DNA of 64,000 nt from an uncultured Verrucomicrobiae bacterium (GTDB lineage Bacteria > Verrucomicrobiota > Verrucomicrobiia > Chthoniobacterales > UBA10450): positions 800,001-864,000 of the forward strand of contig CAVSDR010000003.1 of the NCBI GenBank assembly GCA_963726745.1, in the 5' to 3' direction. Positions 30,873 through 41,014 of the stretch are shown in pieces. The stretch's first letter is position 1. Every line of letters starts with the position of its first letter. Under the pieces are notes generated by a model, which saw only the letters and a list, made by a program, of their open reading frames with translations, was not told where the DNA came from and searched no databases. A program made the position numbers and the translations under genes.

Positions 30873-31574
30873 ATGAGCCGCGCATTGGGAATCATCGGGG
30901 GCACCGGTCCGGAATCGACCGTGGAATATTATCGCCGCCTCATTGCGGCCTACCGCGCGCGAACGGTCGATGGCAGCGCGCCCGCGCTGGTGATCAACAG
31001 CGTCGACAACAAGCGCTTGATCGACTGGTTTACCCGCGGGGAAATGGAGCAGGCGACCGCTTATCTCGCGGTGGAATTGGAACGCCTGGCCGCGGCCGGG
31101 GTCGACTTTGCCATCATCTCGGCAAACACTCCGCATCTCGTCTTCGACGAGCTGCAACGGCGGGTCGCGTTGCCGCTGCTCAGCATCGTGGAAGCAACCG
31201 CGGATACGGCGAAACGCAGCGGCCTTCGGCGCTTTGCGCTCTTTGGCACCCGCTTCACCATGCAAGCGGCGCTTTTCCCGGAAGCCTTTGCGCTCCGCGG
31301 ACTCGAGATCGTGTCGCCTAACGAGTCCGAGCGGGAGTTCATCCACGGGAAATACATGGGCGAACTCTTCGTTGGGCAGGTTCTCGACCAGACGCGCGCG
31401 GCGCTGCTCGAGATCGTGGAGACGATGAAAGCGCGCGACGGCGTCGAGGCGCTGATTCTCGGCGGGACGGAGTTGTCGCTGCTTTTCCGCGAGCCGGTTG
31501 CCGCGGGCTTGCCGGTGCTCGACACCACGCAGATCCACGTCGAGGCGGCGATCGAGCGGCTACTGCGGCCCTGA
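30873..31574 (+). CDS. Aspartate/glutamate racemase family protein lacking the catalytic cysteines
   Basis: GIIGGTGPEST, ISANTPH, GTRFTM, ILGGTEL. Confidence 0.88.
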   Translation: MSRALGIIGGTGPESTVEYYRRLIAAYRARTVDGSAPALVINSVDNKRLIDWFTRGEMEQATAYLAVELERLAAAGVDFAIISANTPHLVFDELQRRVALPLLSIVEATADTAKRSGLRRFALFGTRFTMQAALFPEAFALRGLEIVSPNESEREFIHGKYMGELFVGQVLDQTRAALLEIVETMKARDGVEALILGGTELSLLFREPVAAGLPVLDTTQIHVEAAIERLLRP

Positions 31575-32126
31575 TTCCTCGATATCCTGCAAGCGCGGCC
31601 CGAAGCGCGCGCCGATCCGGTTAGCCGAGGTAAAGAGGAGCACGTAGAAGACGACCAAGGCGAGGCCGAGGATCGCGGCCGTGGTCCAGTGATGCGCCCG
31701 CATGCGCACCAGCGGCGGCATGAACGCGAGCCAGCCAAAGACGCTCAGGATCACGACGACCGCGTCAAAACTCCCGCGCTGCCAATAGCCGCCGCCCAGG
31801 TGAAACCACATCCCAAATTCATCGAAGGTAAGCGCCATCCCGAACCCGTAGAGCAGCGCGCAGGCTTTGCGCAGCCGGTCGGAAGGCGCAGGCACAAAGA
31901 CCAGCAGCGCCCCCACCGCCGCGAGGAGAAAAATCCCGTAGTTCAGGTGATGCACATGCGTCCCGCGGCTGTGCAGGAAGAGGCTCGGGATTTGCCGCGT
32001 CATGATCAGAATCACCAGCACCCGCGCGCTGATGAAGGTAAGCAGGAAGGCGAGGAAAACGCGGCGCGCGAGCTTGCGCACCGGCAAGGGCGAGGTCGCG
32101 GGCGCTGGGGAATTTGCGGAATGCAT
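31560..32126 (-). CDS. Integral membrane hypothetical protein
   Basis: About 5 hydrophobic segments, HVHHLNYG, TFDEFGMW. Confidence 0.75.
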   Translation of the reverse strand: MHSANSPAPATSPLPVRKLARRVFLAFLLTFISARVLVILIMTRQIPSLFLHSRGTHVHHLNYGIFLLAAVGALLVFVPAPSDRLRKACALLYGFGMALTFDEFGMWFHLGGGYWQRGSFDAVVVILSVFGWLAFMPPLVRMRAHHWTTAAILGLALVVFYVLLFTSANRIGARFGPRLQDIEESGPQ

Positions 32127-32217
32127 GATCTTGCTGCCTAACGAGTCGTCAAGCCGGCGTCCGGCATCGATTCGTTGGCTCGCCCAGAGAGGAGCGCGCC
32201 CCGGCGCTCTTGGCAAC

Positions 32218-33042
32218 TCAGAGACCGGCCGGATGGCGGGCAGCGAAGCCGCCGGGATCGCGTCCTTCCGCATGCCAGCGCGGGCCGACGTTGCCGCCGC
32301 GGCGGAAATCGGTCGTGTCCAACCGCAGCCCGGCAATGACCGCAAAAGTGTGGCCCGGGCGCGCGTAGATCGTGACCCAACGGCCGCGACCGCGCTCGCC
32401 ATAGCGCAGGAAATCGCTTGAGGGCAGCGGCGTGGGCAACACCCCGGCATGATGCAGCGCAAAGGAAACCGTGCCCGAGCAATCATAGCCGCGATCCTGG
32501 AAAGAGCCGTGGCCACCGCCCCAAACATACGGTTTCCCGCGCAAGCCATTCGCCGCCCAGATCGCGCGCTTGACGCTCTCTGGCGCGTTCGCGGGCGCGT
32601 AGGCCACGCCGCCGCGGAGCACCGCGCGATTGCCGGAAACCACTGGCCGGCCCCCGCGATTGCCGGCCTGGCGCGGCTGGTCCTCCTCGCTCTCGTCGAG
32701 CATTCCGCCGCGCTCCCGGTGCGGCCCCGCCGGATGCGGGACCCGGCCGGTAAAATAGGCGGCAGCTTCCGGTTCCTCGGGCTCGCGCTCCGCTTCGTCG
32801 ACGATCTCCGCGTCGTAGACCGGAGCGCGGCGCGCTGCGGATTGGAAAGCGACCCGCAAAGGCGCGGTCGCGACCGTGTGGACCACGGCGTGCGCCACGA
32901 GAAAAGGTTGCAAAACCACCCGCACCGGGTTGCGCGTCGCGCGCCGGCGCGAGCGCGCCTCGGCCCCCGCAGGCAGCATCACGAGGAGCGCGAGCGCCGC
33001 CACGACGCCCCATCTTGCTGGCTGTTTCCCTGGAAAGTTCAC
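32218..33042 (-). CDS. NlpC/P60-like secreted peptidoglycan endopeptidase
   Basis: PYVWGGGH, YDCSGTVS, GHTF; signal-like N-terminus. The GTG start is approximate. Confidence 0.85.
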   Translation of the reverse strand: MNFPGKQPARWGVVAALALLVMLPAGAEARSRRRATRNPVRVVLQPFLVAHAVVHTVATAPLRVAFQSAARRAPVYDAEIVDEAEREPEEPEAAAYFTGRVPHPAGPHRERGGMLDESEEDQPRQAGNRGGRPVVSGNRAVLRGGVAYAPANAPESVKRAIWAANGLRGKPYVWGGGHGSFQDRGYDCSGTVSFALHHAGVLPTPLPSSDFLRYGERGRGRWVTIYARPGHTFAVIAGLRLDTTDFRRGGNVGPRWHAEGRDPGGFAARHPAGL

Positions 33043-33121
33043 CCGCTTCGAGAAAGCGGGTCGCGGGCCAAGCGGAAAAATTTCCCGCGGCCCCGGCAAG
33101 GAAACTGCACCTCCCGCGGGC

Positions 33122-34732
33122 ATGTTCCGCCTCCTCCGCCGGCCTTTTCTCGCGGCGCTGGGCGCAGGGCTGCTCCTCGCGCTCGCCCAGTCGGCGCGCG
33201 CGGTCATCCTCCTCGGCAGCGGCGATCCCGCGGCGAATACCACCGCACCGGCGGGCGCTCTCGGCGATGGCGGCTGGAATTACGTCGGCCGCTTCGGCTG
33301 GAGTCTCGGCACCGCCATTGGCCCGCATCATTTCATCACCGCGAAGCATGTCGGCGTGCCCGCGAACGACTTCATCTACCAGGGAAAGGCGTACGCCATT
33401 CGCGGCGCGGTCGAGGATCCCGTGGGCGATCTGCGCATCTTTGAAATAGACGGCACTTTCCCAAGTTACGCCCCGCTCTACACCCGCGGGGAGGAGCTCG
33501 GGCGCGACCTCGTGCTCATCGGTCGCGGCTCGCAACGCGGCGCGCCGGTGTTTCTCGCGGGCATTTTGCGCGGCTGGCTGTGGGGGCCGGGCGACTCCGT
33601 CCTGCGCTGGGGCGAGAATCAGGTGAGCGCGGTCAATGGGACGACATTTCACTGCACCTTCGACGCCGGCCGCGGGCCGAACGAGTGCGCCCTTTCGCCC
33701 GGCGATTCCGGCGGCCCGGCTTTCGTGCGCGAGGAGGGCGTCTGGAAGCTGGCGGGAATCAACCACGCGATCGACAGCTCTTTTGCCGCGACCGCCAGCG
33801 GCCCCGGCCTGGAGGCGGCGCTCTTCGACGGCCGCGGATTTTTCGACGCCAGCGGGCGTTTGCTCACCGGGACCGCGCCCGCGCCCACCGGTTTTTATTC
33901 GATGCGGATCTCGAGCAAGCTCCCGTGGATCCAGAGTGTGATCGCGCCCGCGCTGGCGAACATCTCTGCGCGCGCTTTTGTCGGCGCCGGGGGCGAGGTG
34001 GCGATTGCCGGCTTCATCATCGAAGGCGATGCGACGCAGGAGAAAGCGGTGCTCCTGCGCGGGATCGGCGCTTCGCTGGCGGTCAACGGCGTCCCCGTAG
34101 CCAGCCGGCTGGCCGACCCGGCCTTGCGCCTGCACGACGACACCGGCGCGGTGCGCGCGCAAAACGATGATTGGCAGGAGGTCGACGCAGCGGCGATCGC
34201 GGCCACCGGACTGGCCCCGGGCGACGCCAAAGAGGCGGCGATTCTCGCGCGCCTGCGGCCCGGGCGTTACACCGTCATCCTCTCTGGCGCCGGCGGCCAA
34301 AGCGGCCTCGGGCTGGTGGAAGTCTACGACCTCGAGCCGACCGGCGCCTCGCGCCTAACGAATCTTTCCACCCGCGCGCGCACCGGCGCGGGCGACAACG
34401 TGCTCATCGGTGGGATCGCCTTTCACAGCAGCACCAATGCGCTTCTGCTCCGCGCGCTCGGGCCCAGCCTGGGCGCGCTCGGCGTGAGCGGCGCAATGGC
34501 TGATCCTTCGCTGGAGCTGCGCAACAGCGACGGCGCGCTCGTGGCCAGCAACGAAGCCTGGCAGCAAGATGACCACGCGGCCGAGCTGCAGTCGCGCGGC
34601 CTGGCCCCGGCCGACCCACGCGAAGCCGCGCTCCTCCTGCGGCCAGCGCCCGGGAGCTACACCGCGATCGTGCGCGCGGCCGGCGAGCTTTCCGGCGTCG
34701 TTTTGCTCGAGGCTTTTCTGGTCCAGCCCTAA
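33122..34732 (+). CDS. Secreted trypsin-like serine protease with two C-terminal repeat domains
   Basis: ITAKH, GDLRIF, GDSGG; repeats start LANISAR and LTNLSTR and contain DPxLxL and GxYTxI. Confidence 0.85.
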   Translation: MFRLLRRPFLAALGAGLLLALAQSARAVILLGSGDPAANTTAPAGALGDGGWNYVGRFGWSLGTAIGPHHFITAKHVGVPANDFIYQGKAYAIRGAVEDPVGDLRIFEIDGTFPSYAPLYTRGEELGRDLVLIGRGSQRGAPVFLAGILRGWLWGPGDSVLRWGENQVSAVNGTTFHCTFDAGRGPNECALSPGDSGGPAFVREEGVWKLAGINHAIDSSFAATASGPGLEAALFDGRGFFDASGRLLTGTAPAPTGFYSMRISSKLPWIQSVIAPALANISARAFVGAGGEVAIAGFIIEGDATQEKAVLLRGIGASLAVNGVPVASRLADPALRLHDDTGAVRAQNDDWQEVDAAAIAATGLAPGDAKEAAILARLRPGRYTVILSGAGGQSGLGLVEVYDLEPTGASRLTNLSTRARTGAGDNVLIGGIAFHSSTNALLLRALGPSLGALGVSGAMADPSLELRNSDGALVASNEAWQQDDHAAELQSRGLAPADPREAALLLRPAPGSYTAIVRAAGELSGVVLLEAFLVQP

Positions 34733-35409
34733 GCCGTCGCTCGCCGCCGCCGCATTCTCAAAGTGCCGGCTAAAAGGAGCGCGCCCGCCAGCAAAACCGA
34801 GACCGCCGGTTCCGGGACGGCGCGGACGTTATCGATCCCAACCTGGCCGACGAGGATGTCGCCATTGGAATTATTCGCTGCGATTTCGTTAATGAAACGC
34901 ACCTCCGCGAGCCCGGTGGAAAAAAGCGTGTTGTAAGCCGGCGGGCCGGCCACTGGGATGAGATTCGTCGGCAGAAGGGAGAAGGTGAAATGCTGCCAGC
35001 CGCTGCCCGGCGCGAGCACCGCCGCGGTCGTGAGGTAGGCCGGCGCCCCCATGCTGAGCGAGCCCTTGAAAGCCAGCCGGATGGAGAGCGACGTCGGGCC
35101 GAGATTTTGCAGGTCGACCTCGATCGCGGTCACGCCGGCGGCGAGATAATTGCCGAGCCATTGCGTGCGATTGAAAGCGGTTAACCTTCCGCCCGCGCCC
35201 CCGCCATCAGAGATGATCTGGAGGAAACGATCGCCTGCGCCCGCCGGTCCACCATCGGCCACATTCAAGACCGGCGGCGCGCCGCCGACCCCGCCATTGC
35301 CCCAGCCGGCGAGGGTGCCGCCTTGGAAATTGTCGACCTGCCCGAGAGTGATCGCCCGCGCCGATGAGACTGCGAGCAGGAGGAAAGACGCGACCGCGGA
35401 GCGAAGCAT
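34729..35409 (-). CDS. PEP-CTERM sorted surface protein
   Basis: Signal peptide; VPEPAVSVLLAGALLLAG followed by RMRRRR. Confidence 0.9.
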   Translation of the reverse strand: MLRSAVASFLLLAVSSARAITLGQVDNFQGGTLAGWGNGGVGGAPPVLNVADGGPAGAGDRFLQIISDGGGAGGRLTAFNRTQWLGNYLAAGVTAIEVDLQNLGPTSLSIRLAFKGSLSMGAPAYLTTAAVLAPGSGWQHFTFSLLPTNLIPVAGPPAYNTLFSTGLAEVRFINEIAANNSNGDILVGQVGIDNVRAVPEPAVSVLLAGALLLAGTLRMRRRRATA

Positions 35410-35442
35410 CCGCAGAGTCTAGGGAACGTCCCCGCCGGCACG

Positions 35443-36732
35443 CTAGCGCAAACCCGAGGGCAGTCGCGGCGAAGCCAGGAGCTCGGCAAATTCCCGCCAG
35501 CGTTTCTGCGGCTGATCGCTCGTGCCGCCGCGCGCCTCCAGGTAGTGGCGCACCAGGTCTTCGCCGAGGTTGTAGTTGATCACGTAGCTGCGATAGCGCT
35601 GGATAAATTTCACCCGCTGCTGCGCGCGCGCCGGGTCCATGAGCGCGTATTTTTCCAGCCAGGCGCGCGCTTCCGTTTCGCTCATCTTGCCGTCGACCAT
35701 TTGACGCGCGGCTTCGTTCGCAGCGTAGCCGAGCTGGTTTACCAATTCCTGGACGGCGTAATATTCATCGACTCGTTCTGGATCGAGCCCGGCCGCGGGC
35801 CAAAGGATTTCCTGCTCGAATTTCCGCCGTTCCGCCGGGGTGAAGACGACCTCTTTGCCGAAATTAGCCGACCCCTCGGCGATGAGCGATTGCGGGGAGA
35901 AAAGCGGGTAAACCGTGAACTCCCGCCAGCCGCGATCGCGCACGAGATTTTTCTCGAGCAGGACGTTGTAAACGTGGTGGCCGGGGTAGCCCTCGTGCGC
36001 CGCGAGATCGATCGCGCGGTCGATGTAGATCGGCAGGTCGGTGTTCACCTGGATGACGCTGCGGTAGCCGCCCTGATACCAGTTGTAGCCGCCCCACGGT
36101 TTCCCGGTGACGTATTCCACGGTGAAGCTCTCGTCCGGCGGGAGCGCGATCTGCGCGGCGGTGCGCGCACGCGTCTCCGCGATCGCGCGTTGGAAGACGC
36201 TGTCTAATTTTTCCTTCGGGATCACGAAGTCCCCGCGCCACTTCTCGTAGCGCGCGGCCAGCGTTCCCTCGCCCGGGATTTTACCGTCCAGCTGCGCGAG
36301 GATTTTCTCGAAGTGCTCCGCGGGATAAGTCGGCGCAACCGCGTCGTAAAGCGCGCGCGACTCTTCGTCGAAGGTCATCTTCGTGCCTCCGAGCAGGCGC
36401 ACCCGCGCCGCGAGCGCCGCTAGTTGGTGCTGCAAATAAACCTGCCGCAGCCGCTCCATCGGTTCCGCGGGCAGCGGCATTTCGCCCAAGGCGCCGGCCG
36501 CAGCTGTGGCCTCGCGGCCGATTTCCGCGAGCGGCTTCTTCTCAGCGGTCGCGGCCGCTTTCCACTCCGCCGGGCCATAGTAGGCATCGACGTAATCCGG
36601 GTCGTGCTCGCCGAGGGCGAGGACCAGTTTCGCGTAGTTTTCCGCGGTCTTGTCGAGGGTCACGGGAGCGGCCGCGCGCGCGCCCGAGGAAGTCCAAAGG
36701 GAAAGCAGCGCCAACAAAAAACCAAGTCGCAT
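35443..36732 (-). CDS. Secreted DUF885-like zinc metallopeptidase
   Basis: Signal peptide, YNWYQG, HEGYPGHH, EGSAN, YVINY. Confidence 0.8.
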   Translation of the reverse strand: MRLGFLLALLSLWTSSGARAAAPVTLDKTAENYAKLVLALGEHDPDYVDAYYGPAEWKAAATAEKKPLAEIGREATAAAGALGEMPLPAEPMERLRQVYLQHQLAALAARVRLLGGTKMTFDEESRALYDAVAPTYPAEHFEKILAQLDGKIPGEGTLAARYEKWRGDFVIPKEKLDSVFQRAIAETRARTAAQIALPPDESFTVEYVTGKPWGGYNWYQGGYRSVIQVNTDLPIYIDRAIDLAAHEGYPGHHVYNVLLEKNLVRDRGWREFTVYPLFSPQSLIAEGSANFGKEVVFTPAERRKFEQEILWPAAGLDPERVDEYYAVQELVNQLGYAANEAARQMVDGKMSETEARAWLEKYALMDPARAQQRVKFIQRYRSYVINYNLGEDLVRHYLEARGGTSDQPQKRWREFAELLASPRLPSGLR

Positions 36733-36814
36733 GCCGATGCCATAGATGTTCCGGCGCGAAAACGCCAGCGGGGCCAAAAGCGACGTCGCCTGCGATTCCT
36801 CTAGAGCACCGCTT

Positions 36815-37330
36815 ATGAAAATCCCCCTGTTTTGCCTGCTGGCGAGCGCATCCCTCCTCCTGGCTGCGCCGGAAGAAACCACCCACATGGCTGGACGCAC
36901 GCTCAAGGCGCCCGGGCCTCCGGGTTACATGGACGTGCAAGACAAGGACAAGGCGATGGACCGCGCGGTCGACGAGGCGCACAAGTCGCTCGGCTTTTTC
37001 GTGGCCGCGCTCCAGGCGAAGAAACCGGACACGCACGACTTCGAAATCAAGGCTGCCTTCATCGATGGCGAGAAAGCCGAGCATCTCTGGATCGATCAAG
37101 TGCGCTGGGACGGAAAGGTCTTCCATGGCCGGGTGAACAACCAGCCGCTCGATGTCCGGAGCGCGCGCCTCGGGCAGCGCGTGAAGATTGAGCCGAAGGA
37201 TGTCTCCGACTGGATGTTTGTGAAAGGCGACAAGCTCATGGGCGGCTTCACCACCCGCGTGCTCTACGCCCGTCTCTCGCCGGAAGAGAAGGCGCAATTT
37301 GTGAAAATGGCGGAATTCAAAATCGATTAA
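36815..37330 (+). CDS. DUF2314 (YegJ-like) secreted protein
   Basis: DKAMDRA, EHLWI, GRVNNQP, VSDWM, GGFT. Confidence 0.88.
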   Translation: MKIPLFCLLASASLLLAAPEETTHMAGRTLKAPGPPGYMDVQDKDKAMDRAVDEAHKSLGFFVAALQAKKPDTHDFEIKAAFIDGEKAEHLWIDQVRWDGKVFHGRVNNQPLDVRSARLGQRVKIEPKDVSDWMFVKGDKLMGGFTTRVLYARLSPEEKAQFVKMAEFKID

Positions 37331-37332
37331 AC

Positions 37333-37635
37333 ATGAACCTCCCAACGAAATATTTTCTCGTCACCACGCTCGCGCTTGCGGGACTTTTCCTTGGCGGCTG
37401 CACCTATGGACCCGGGGGCGGCGTGGGCGTTTACGCCTCTTCCTATCCGAGCTATCGGGGCTACTACCGCGACTACGGCTACAGCGGCGCCCCGTTCTAT
37501 GGCTACCCGCGGGCCTACGGCACGAGCATCGTCGTCTCTGGCCGGAACTACTCCCGCGGCTACGGCCGGCACCATTATCGCGGGCACCGTCGAAACTACG
37601 GGACTCGCTCCTGGCGCGGGCCGAGGTATCGTTAG
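37333..37635 (+). CDS. Small Gly/Tyr/Arg-rich lipoprotein
   Basis: Lipobox LGGC, low-complexity mature part, fits between its neighbours. Confidence 0.7.
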   Translation: MNLPTKYFLVTTLALAGLFLGGCTYGPGGGVGVYASSYPSYRGYYRDYGYSGAPFYGYPRAYGTSIVVSGRNYSRGYGRHHYRGHRRNYGTRSWRGPRYR

Positions 37636-37641
37636 GCCGCG

Positions 37642-38154
37642 ATGAAACTGTGGAATGAAGCCCCGGACCTGACCAAGGGTCTGGTTGCCGGCGCGGCGGC
37701 CGGTTTGCTCGCCTCCTTCATGATGGAGCAATTCCAGGCGCTCTGGTCGAGCGTGGGGAAAAGCTTCCAGGACCCGAAGGAAAAGACAAAGCGCCGGCAA
37801 AAACCGACCACGGTGAAAGCGGCGGATGCGGTCGCGGAGAAAATCGTGGGCACGAAAGTGCCGCGGAAACATCAGCAACTCGCCGGCGAAGCGATGCACT
37901 ACGCCATGGGCACCGGCTCTGCAGCGCTTTACGGCGTGGTCGCAGAGGTTTTCCCGCCGGCTACCGTGGGCGAAGGGACCGCCTTCGGCACCGCCGTCTG
38001 GCTGGCGGCTGACGAAGGGGCGCTCCCGGCGCTTGGGCTGACCAAGTCGCCGGCGCAGATTCCGGTGAGCACGCACGTTTACGCGCTCGCCTCCCACCTG
38101 GTCTACGGATTCGTGGTCGAAGTCGTCCGCCGCGGGATCCGCAGCGCGCTTTAG
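37642..38154 (+). CDS. DUF1440 membrane protein
   Basis: GLVAGAAAGL, TVKAAD, HYAMG, ALASHLVYG. Confidence 0.8.
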   Translation: MKLWNEAPDLTKGLVAGAAAGLLASFMMEQFQALWSSVGKSFQDPKEKTKRRQKPTTVKAADAVAEKIVGTKVPRKHQQLAGEAMHYAMGTGSAALYGVVAEVFPPATVGEGTAFGTAVWLAADEGALPALGLTKSPAQIPVSTHVYALASHLVYGFVVEVVRRGIRSAL

Positions 38155-38168
38155 CCAGCAAGATCGGG

Positions 38169-39221
38169 CTAGCGCATTTCGCCGGCCATGACGTCGCGCT
38201 CCTTGAGGATGAGCGCGAACGGCTCCAACGGCATCGGGTCGTCGTGCTCGAGGTATTCCGCGCAGACACCGAAGAAATCCGCCTCGGTCGTAACCCGGCG
38301 GATGCGATGAAGGAAGGTGCCGGTTCCCTCGACCCCCAGCCCGATGAAGTTGAGATACTTCTTCATGTTCTGGACCTGCGCGGCCTCACGCACTTCGCCG
38401 CGCACGCCGACGGCGGCATAGAGCGCGCGGATGTATTCGAGGACATCGCGGCCCCGCGGGACGAAGACCGGCAAGCCCGCGCGCCGCTCGCGAATTTGCC
38501 GGAAGAGCCAGGGATTACGGATCACGCCGCGGCCAATCATGAGTCCGCGCGCGCCGCTTTGCGCGAGCACTTCATCGGCTTTCGCCGCGGAATAGACGTT
38601 GCCATTCGCCAGCACCGGGCAGCCCAGCGTCTCGACCGCGCGGGCGACAAACTCGTAGCGTGGCGCGCTCCGATACATCTCCTTGACCGTGCGCGCGTGC
38701 ACCGTGACCAGGTCTAACGAGTGCCGCGCAAAAACAGCCAGCAACTTGTCGAAGTTCTCCGCATCCTCAAAACCGATCCGCGTCTTTACGGTGAACGGGA
38801 TCGCGATTGCCTCGCGAAGCGCGCCGAGGATGCGGTCGATCCTCTCGGGCTCGCGCAGCAAACCGCCGCCGGCGCACTTCCGGTAAACGATCGGCACCGG
38901 GCATCCGAGATTGAGATCGATCGCGGCCACCGGATGCTGCTCGAGCTCGCGCGCGGTGCGCACCAGCGCGGGAATGTCGTTGCCGATCATCTGCGCGATC
39001 ACCGGCCGGCCGGTGGGATTTTGCGTGATCGAGGAAAGGATCACCGGATCGAGGCGCGATTGCGGGAGCACGCGGAAGTATTCCGTGAAATAAACCTCGG
39101 CGTTCCCGTAGTGGCTAACGAGGCGCATGAACGGCAGGTCGGTCACGTCCTGCATGGGCGCGAGCGCGAGGACCGGCCCCGGCTGGGCGAACAAGCGGTC
39201 GAAGACAGCGCGCGCGTTCAC
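38169..39221 (-). CDS. tRNA-dihydrouridine synthase (Dus family)
   Basis: LAPMQDVTD, DLNLGCP, VKTRIG, VHART, ANGNV, MIGRG. Confidence 0.93.
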   Translation of the reverse strand: MNARAVFDRLFAQPGPVLALAPMQDVTDLPFMRLVSHYGNAEVYFTEYFRVLPQSRLDPVILSSITQNPTGRPVIAQMIGNDIPALVRTARELEQHPVAAIDLNLGCPVPIVYRKCAGGGLLREPERIDRILGALREAIAIPFTVKTRIGFEDAENFDKLLAVFARHSLDLVTVHARTVKEMYRSAPRYEFVARAVETLGCPVLANGNVYSAAKADEVLAQSGARGLMIGRGVIRNPWLFRQIRERRAGLPVFVPRGRDVLEYIRALYAAVGVRGEVREAAQVQNMKKYLNFIGLGVEGTGTFLHRIRRVTTEADFFGVCAEYLEHDDPMPLEPFALILKERDVMAGEMR

Positions 39222-39871
39222 TTCGCCGCGGAGGAATATTTCGGCTGCTTCACCTGCTTGCGGATCGCCTCGAAGATTTTCCGGATGCCGATGCGGCTGG
39301 CTTTCTCCGCCAGGAAAGGTGGGAGCCCGCCGCCGCTATCAGTGAAGATGGAGTAGGTCGCGCGCGTGGTCCCGTTCGCCCCGGGCTCGAGCAGCCAGCC
39401 GCCTTCGCACAGCGCCACCCGCTGCACGCCCTCGCGCAGCGGCGGCCCGAGTTCGTTTGCCGGTTCCCAGCGCACCCGGTAGATCGGGCCCTCGGGGCCG
39501 AGCCATTTTTCGTTGCGCGAGACGAGAGTGTAATCGCGATCGCTCACGATCGGGAAGGCCAGCCGTTGATAGGCGACCATGCGGTTCTTCTCGCGTTTCA
39601 AGACCCGCACCTCGGAGGTGTAAGGCATGAAATGCGGATATTCCTCGGAGTCGTCGATGACCGCGAAGACGACCGCCGGCGGCGCTTCGATCACGCCCGT
39701 GGCTTTGAACTCGCGTAGCTTCGATTCGCTGCGCGCCCGGCTATAGAGGGTCAAGCCCCCGCCGCTCATCTCCTCGGTCCACTCGCCGGTCTCGGCCGCG
39801 AAGGCCTGTGCACCGCACGCGAGCAAACAGACCACGACGACGCCGCGAAGATTTTGCCAGCGCCCTCTCAT
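39218..39871 (-). CDS. Secreted START-domain lipid-binding protein
   Basis: Signal peptide, EFKATGVI, SDRDY, GGWLLEP, DSGGGLP. Confidence 0.8.
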   Translation of the reverse strand: MRGRWQNLRGVVVVCLLACGAQAFAAETGEWTEEMSGGGLTLYSRARSESKLREFKATGVIEAPPAVVFAVIDDSEEYPHFMPYTSEVRVLKREKNRMVAYQRLAFPIVSDRDYTLVSRNEKWLGPEGPIYRVRWEPANELGPPLREGVQRVALCEGGWLLEPGANGTTRATYSIFTDSGGGLPPFLAEKASRIGIRKIFEAIRKQVKQPKYSSAAK

Positions 39872-40971
39872 TAACTCTCGCCAAAGCTAAAGCGCAGGGC
39901 CTTGTGCAGACGCTCCGGCAGCGCCGGCAGATTGCGCCGCTCGATCAGAAAAGTGATCACGCCGGCGAGCTCGCGAAAGACGTAATTTTTGTTCACCGCG
40001 CCCTGGAGATATTGCTCGCCGCTGCTCCCGCCGGTGCCCACGCGGGTGCCGATCATCCGCCGGACCATCTGCAGGTGGCGATAGCGGAAATTAGCCAGCT
40101 GCTCGTCGATTTCGATCAGCGCATTCAGGAGCGCGAAAGGCAGGCGGAAGAGCGGCTCATCGCGATAGAGCATGATGAACAGGGCCGAGCGCAGCGAGGG
40201 CGGGGACCACTCGCCGGAGCCGTCGCGGAAGAAGAGGCTGTCAAACTTGCCTAACAAGTCCTCACGATCATCGCGCTCGGAAAGGCTGGCCGCGAAGAGC
40301 TCGCGATAATGCTGCCAAAAATGCCCGCCATCCTCCGTCCCGGTGGAGCGCCCGTCGCTTTTTTCCTCGCGCCAGTCGTCCCAGAAATTGCCGTCAAAAA
40401 ACGGCGCACGCGCCAGCCAGCGCTCGACCATTTGCAGGATCGACGGGCGTTCCTCGACCGCGCCGATCTTGGCCGCGTCCCCGGCGTTGAACCCGCCCAG
40501 GTCGGTGCGCTTGTAATACTCCGGCCGGAAACGCTGCTCCATCCGCAGGCCGAGCGCGGCCTCGATCTCGCGGAATTGCACGCTCTGGAAACCGGAAGCG
40601 CCGTGGAGCAGCTCGCGGAACTCGAGGAAATCGAGCGGCGTCATCGTCTCGAGCACGTCGACCTGGTGATTGAGCAGCTTCCAGATTTCAACCACGCGCT
40701 TCAGACGATGGACCACGCGGTTCAAGTCGGGCCCGTCGTCGTCCGCGGCCGGTTTGCTCAGGACTTCGGCACAGGCCGTGAGCTCATGGAGGATCTGCTT
40801 GAACCAAAGCTCGTAGGCCTGGTGGACGATGATGAAGAGCATCTCGTCGTGCGCGATCAGCTTTCCTTCGCGCAGGCTGAGCGGTTTTTGCAATTCCAGC
40901 AGTCGCTCGATCCCGAGGTAGTCGCCGTAGTATTGCGGCGTGCGTTCGCCGGGGTGCATCGGGCATTCCAC
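39871..40971 (-). CDS. kynA: Tryptophan 2,3-dioxygenase (long form)
   Basis: YGDYL, HDEMLFIIVHQAYELWFKQ, ASGFQSVQFR, RMIGTRVGTGGSSG. Confidence 0.95.
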   Translation of the reverse strand: MECPMHPGERTPQYYGDYLGIERLLELQKPLSLREGKLIAHDEMLFIIVHQAYELWFKQILHELTACAEVLSKPAADDDGPDLNRVVHRLKRVVEIWKLLNHQVDVLETMTPLDFLEFRELLHGASGFQSVQFREIEAALGLRMEQRFRPEYYKRTDLGGFNAGDAAKIGAVEERPSILQMVERWLARAPFFDGNFWDDWREEKSDGRSTGTEDGGHFWQHYRELFAASLSERDDREDLLGKFDSLFFRDGSGEWSPPSLRSALFIMLYRDEPLFRLPFALLNALIEIDEQLANFRYRHLQMVRRMIGTRVGTGGSSGEQYLQGAVNKNYVFRELAGVITFLIERRNLPALPERLHKALRFSFGES

Positions 40972-41014
40972 GCGCGCAGTCTCGCGCAGGCCACCGCGCA
41001 GAGCAATGCACGCG

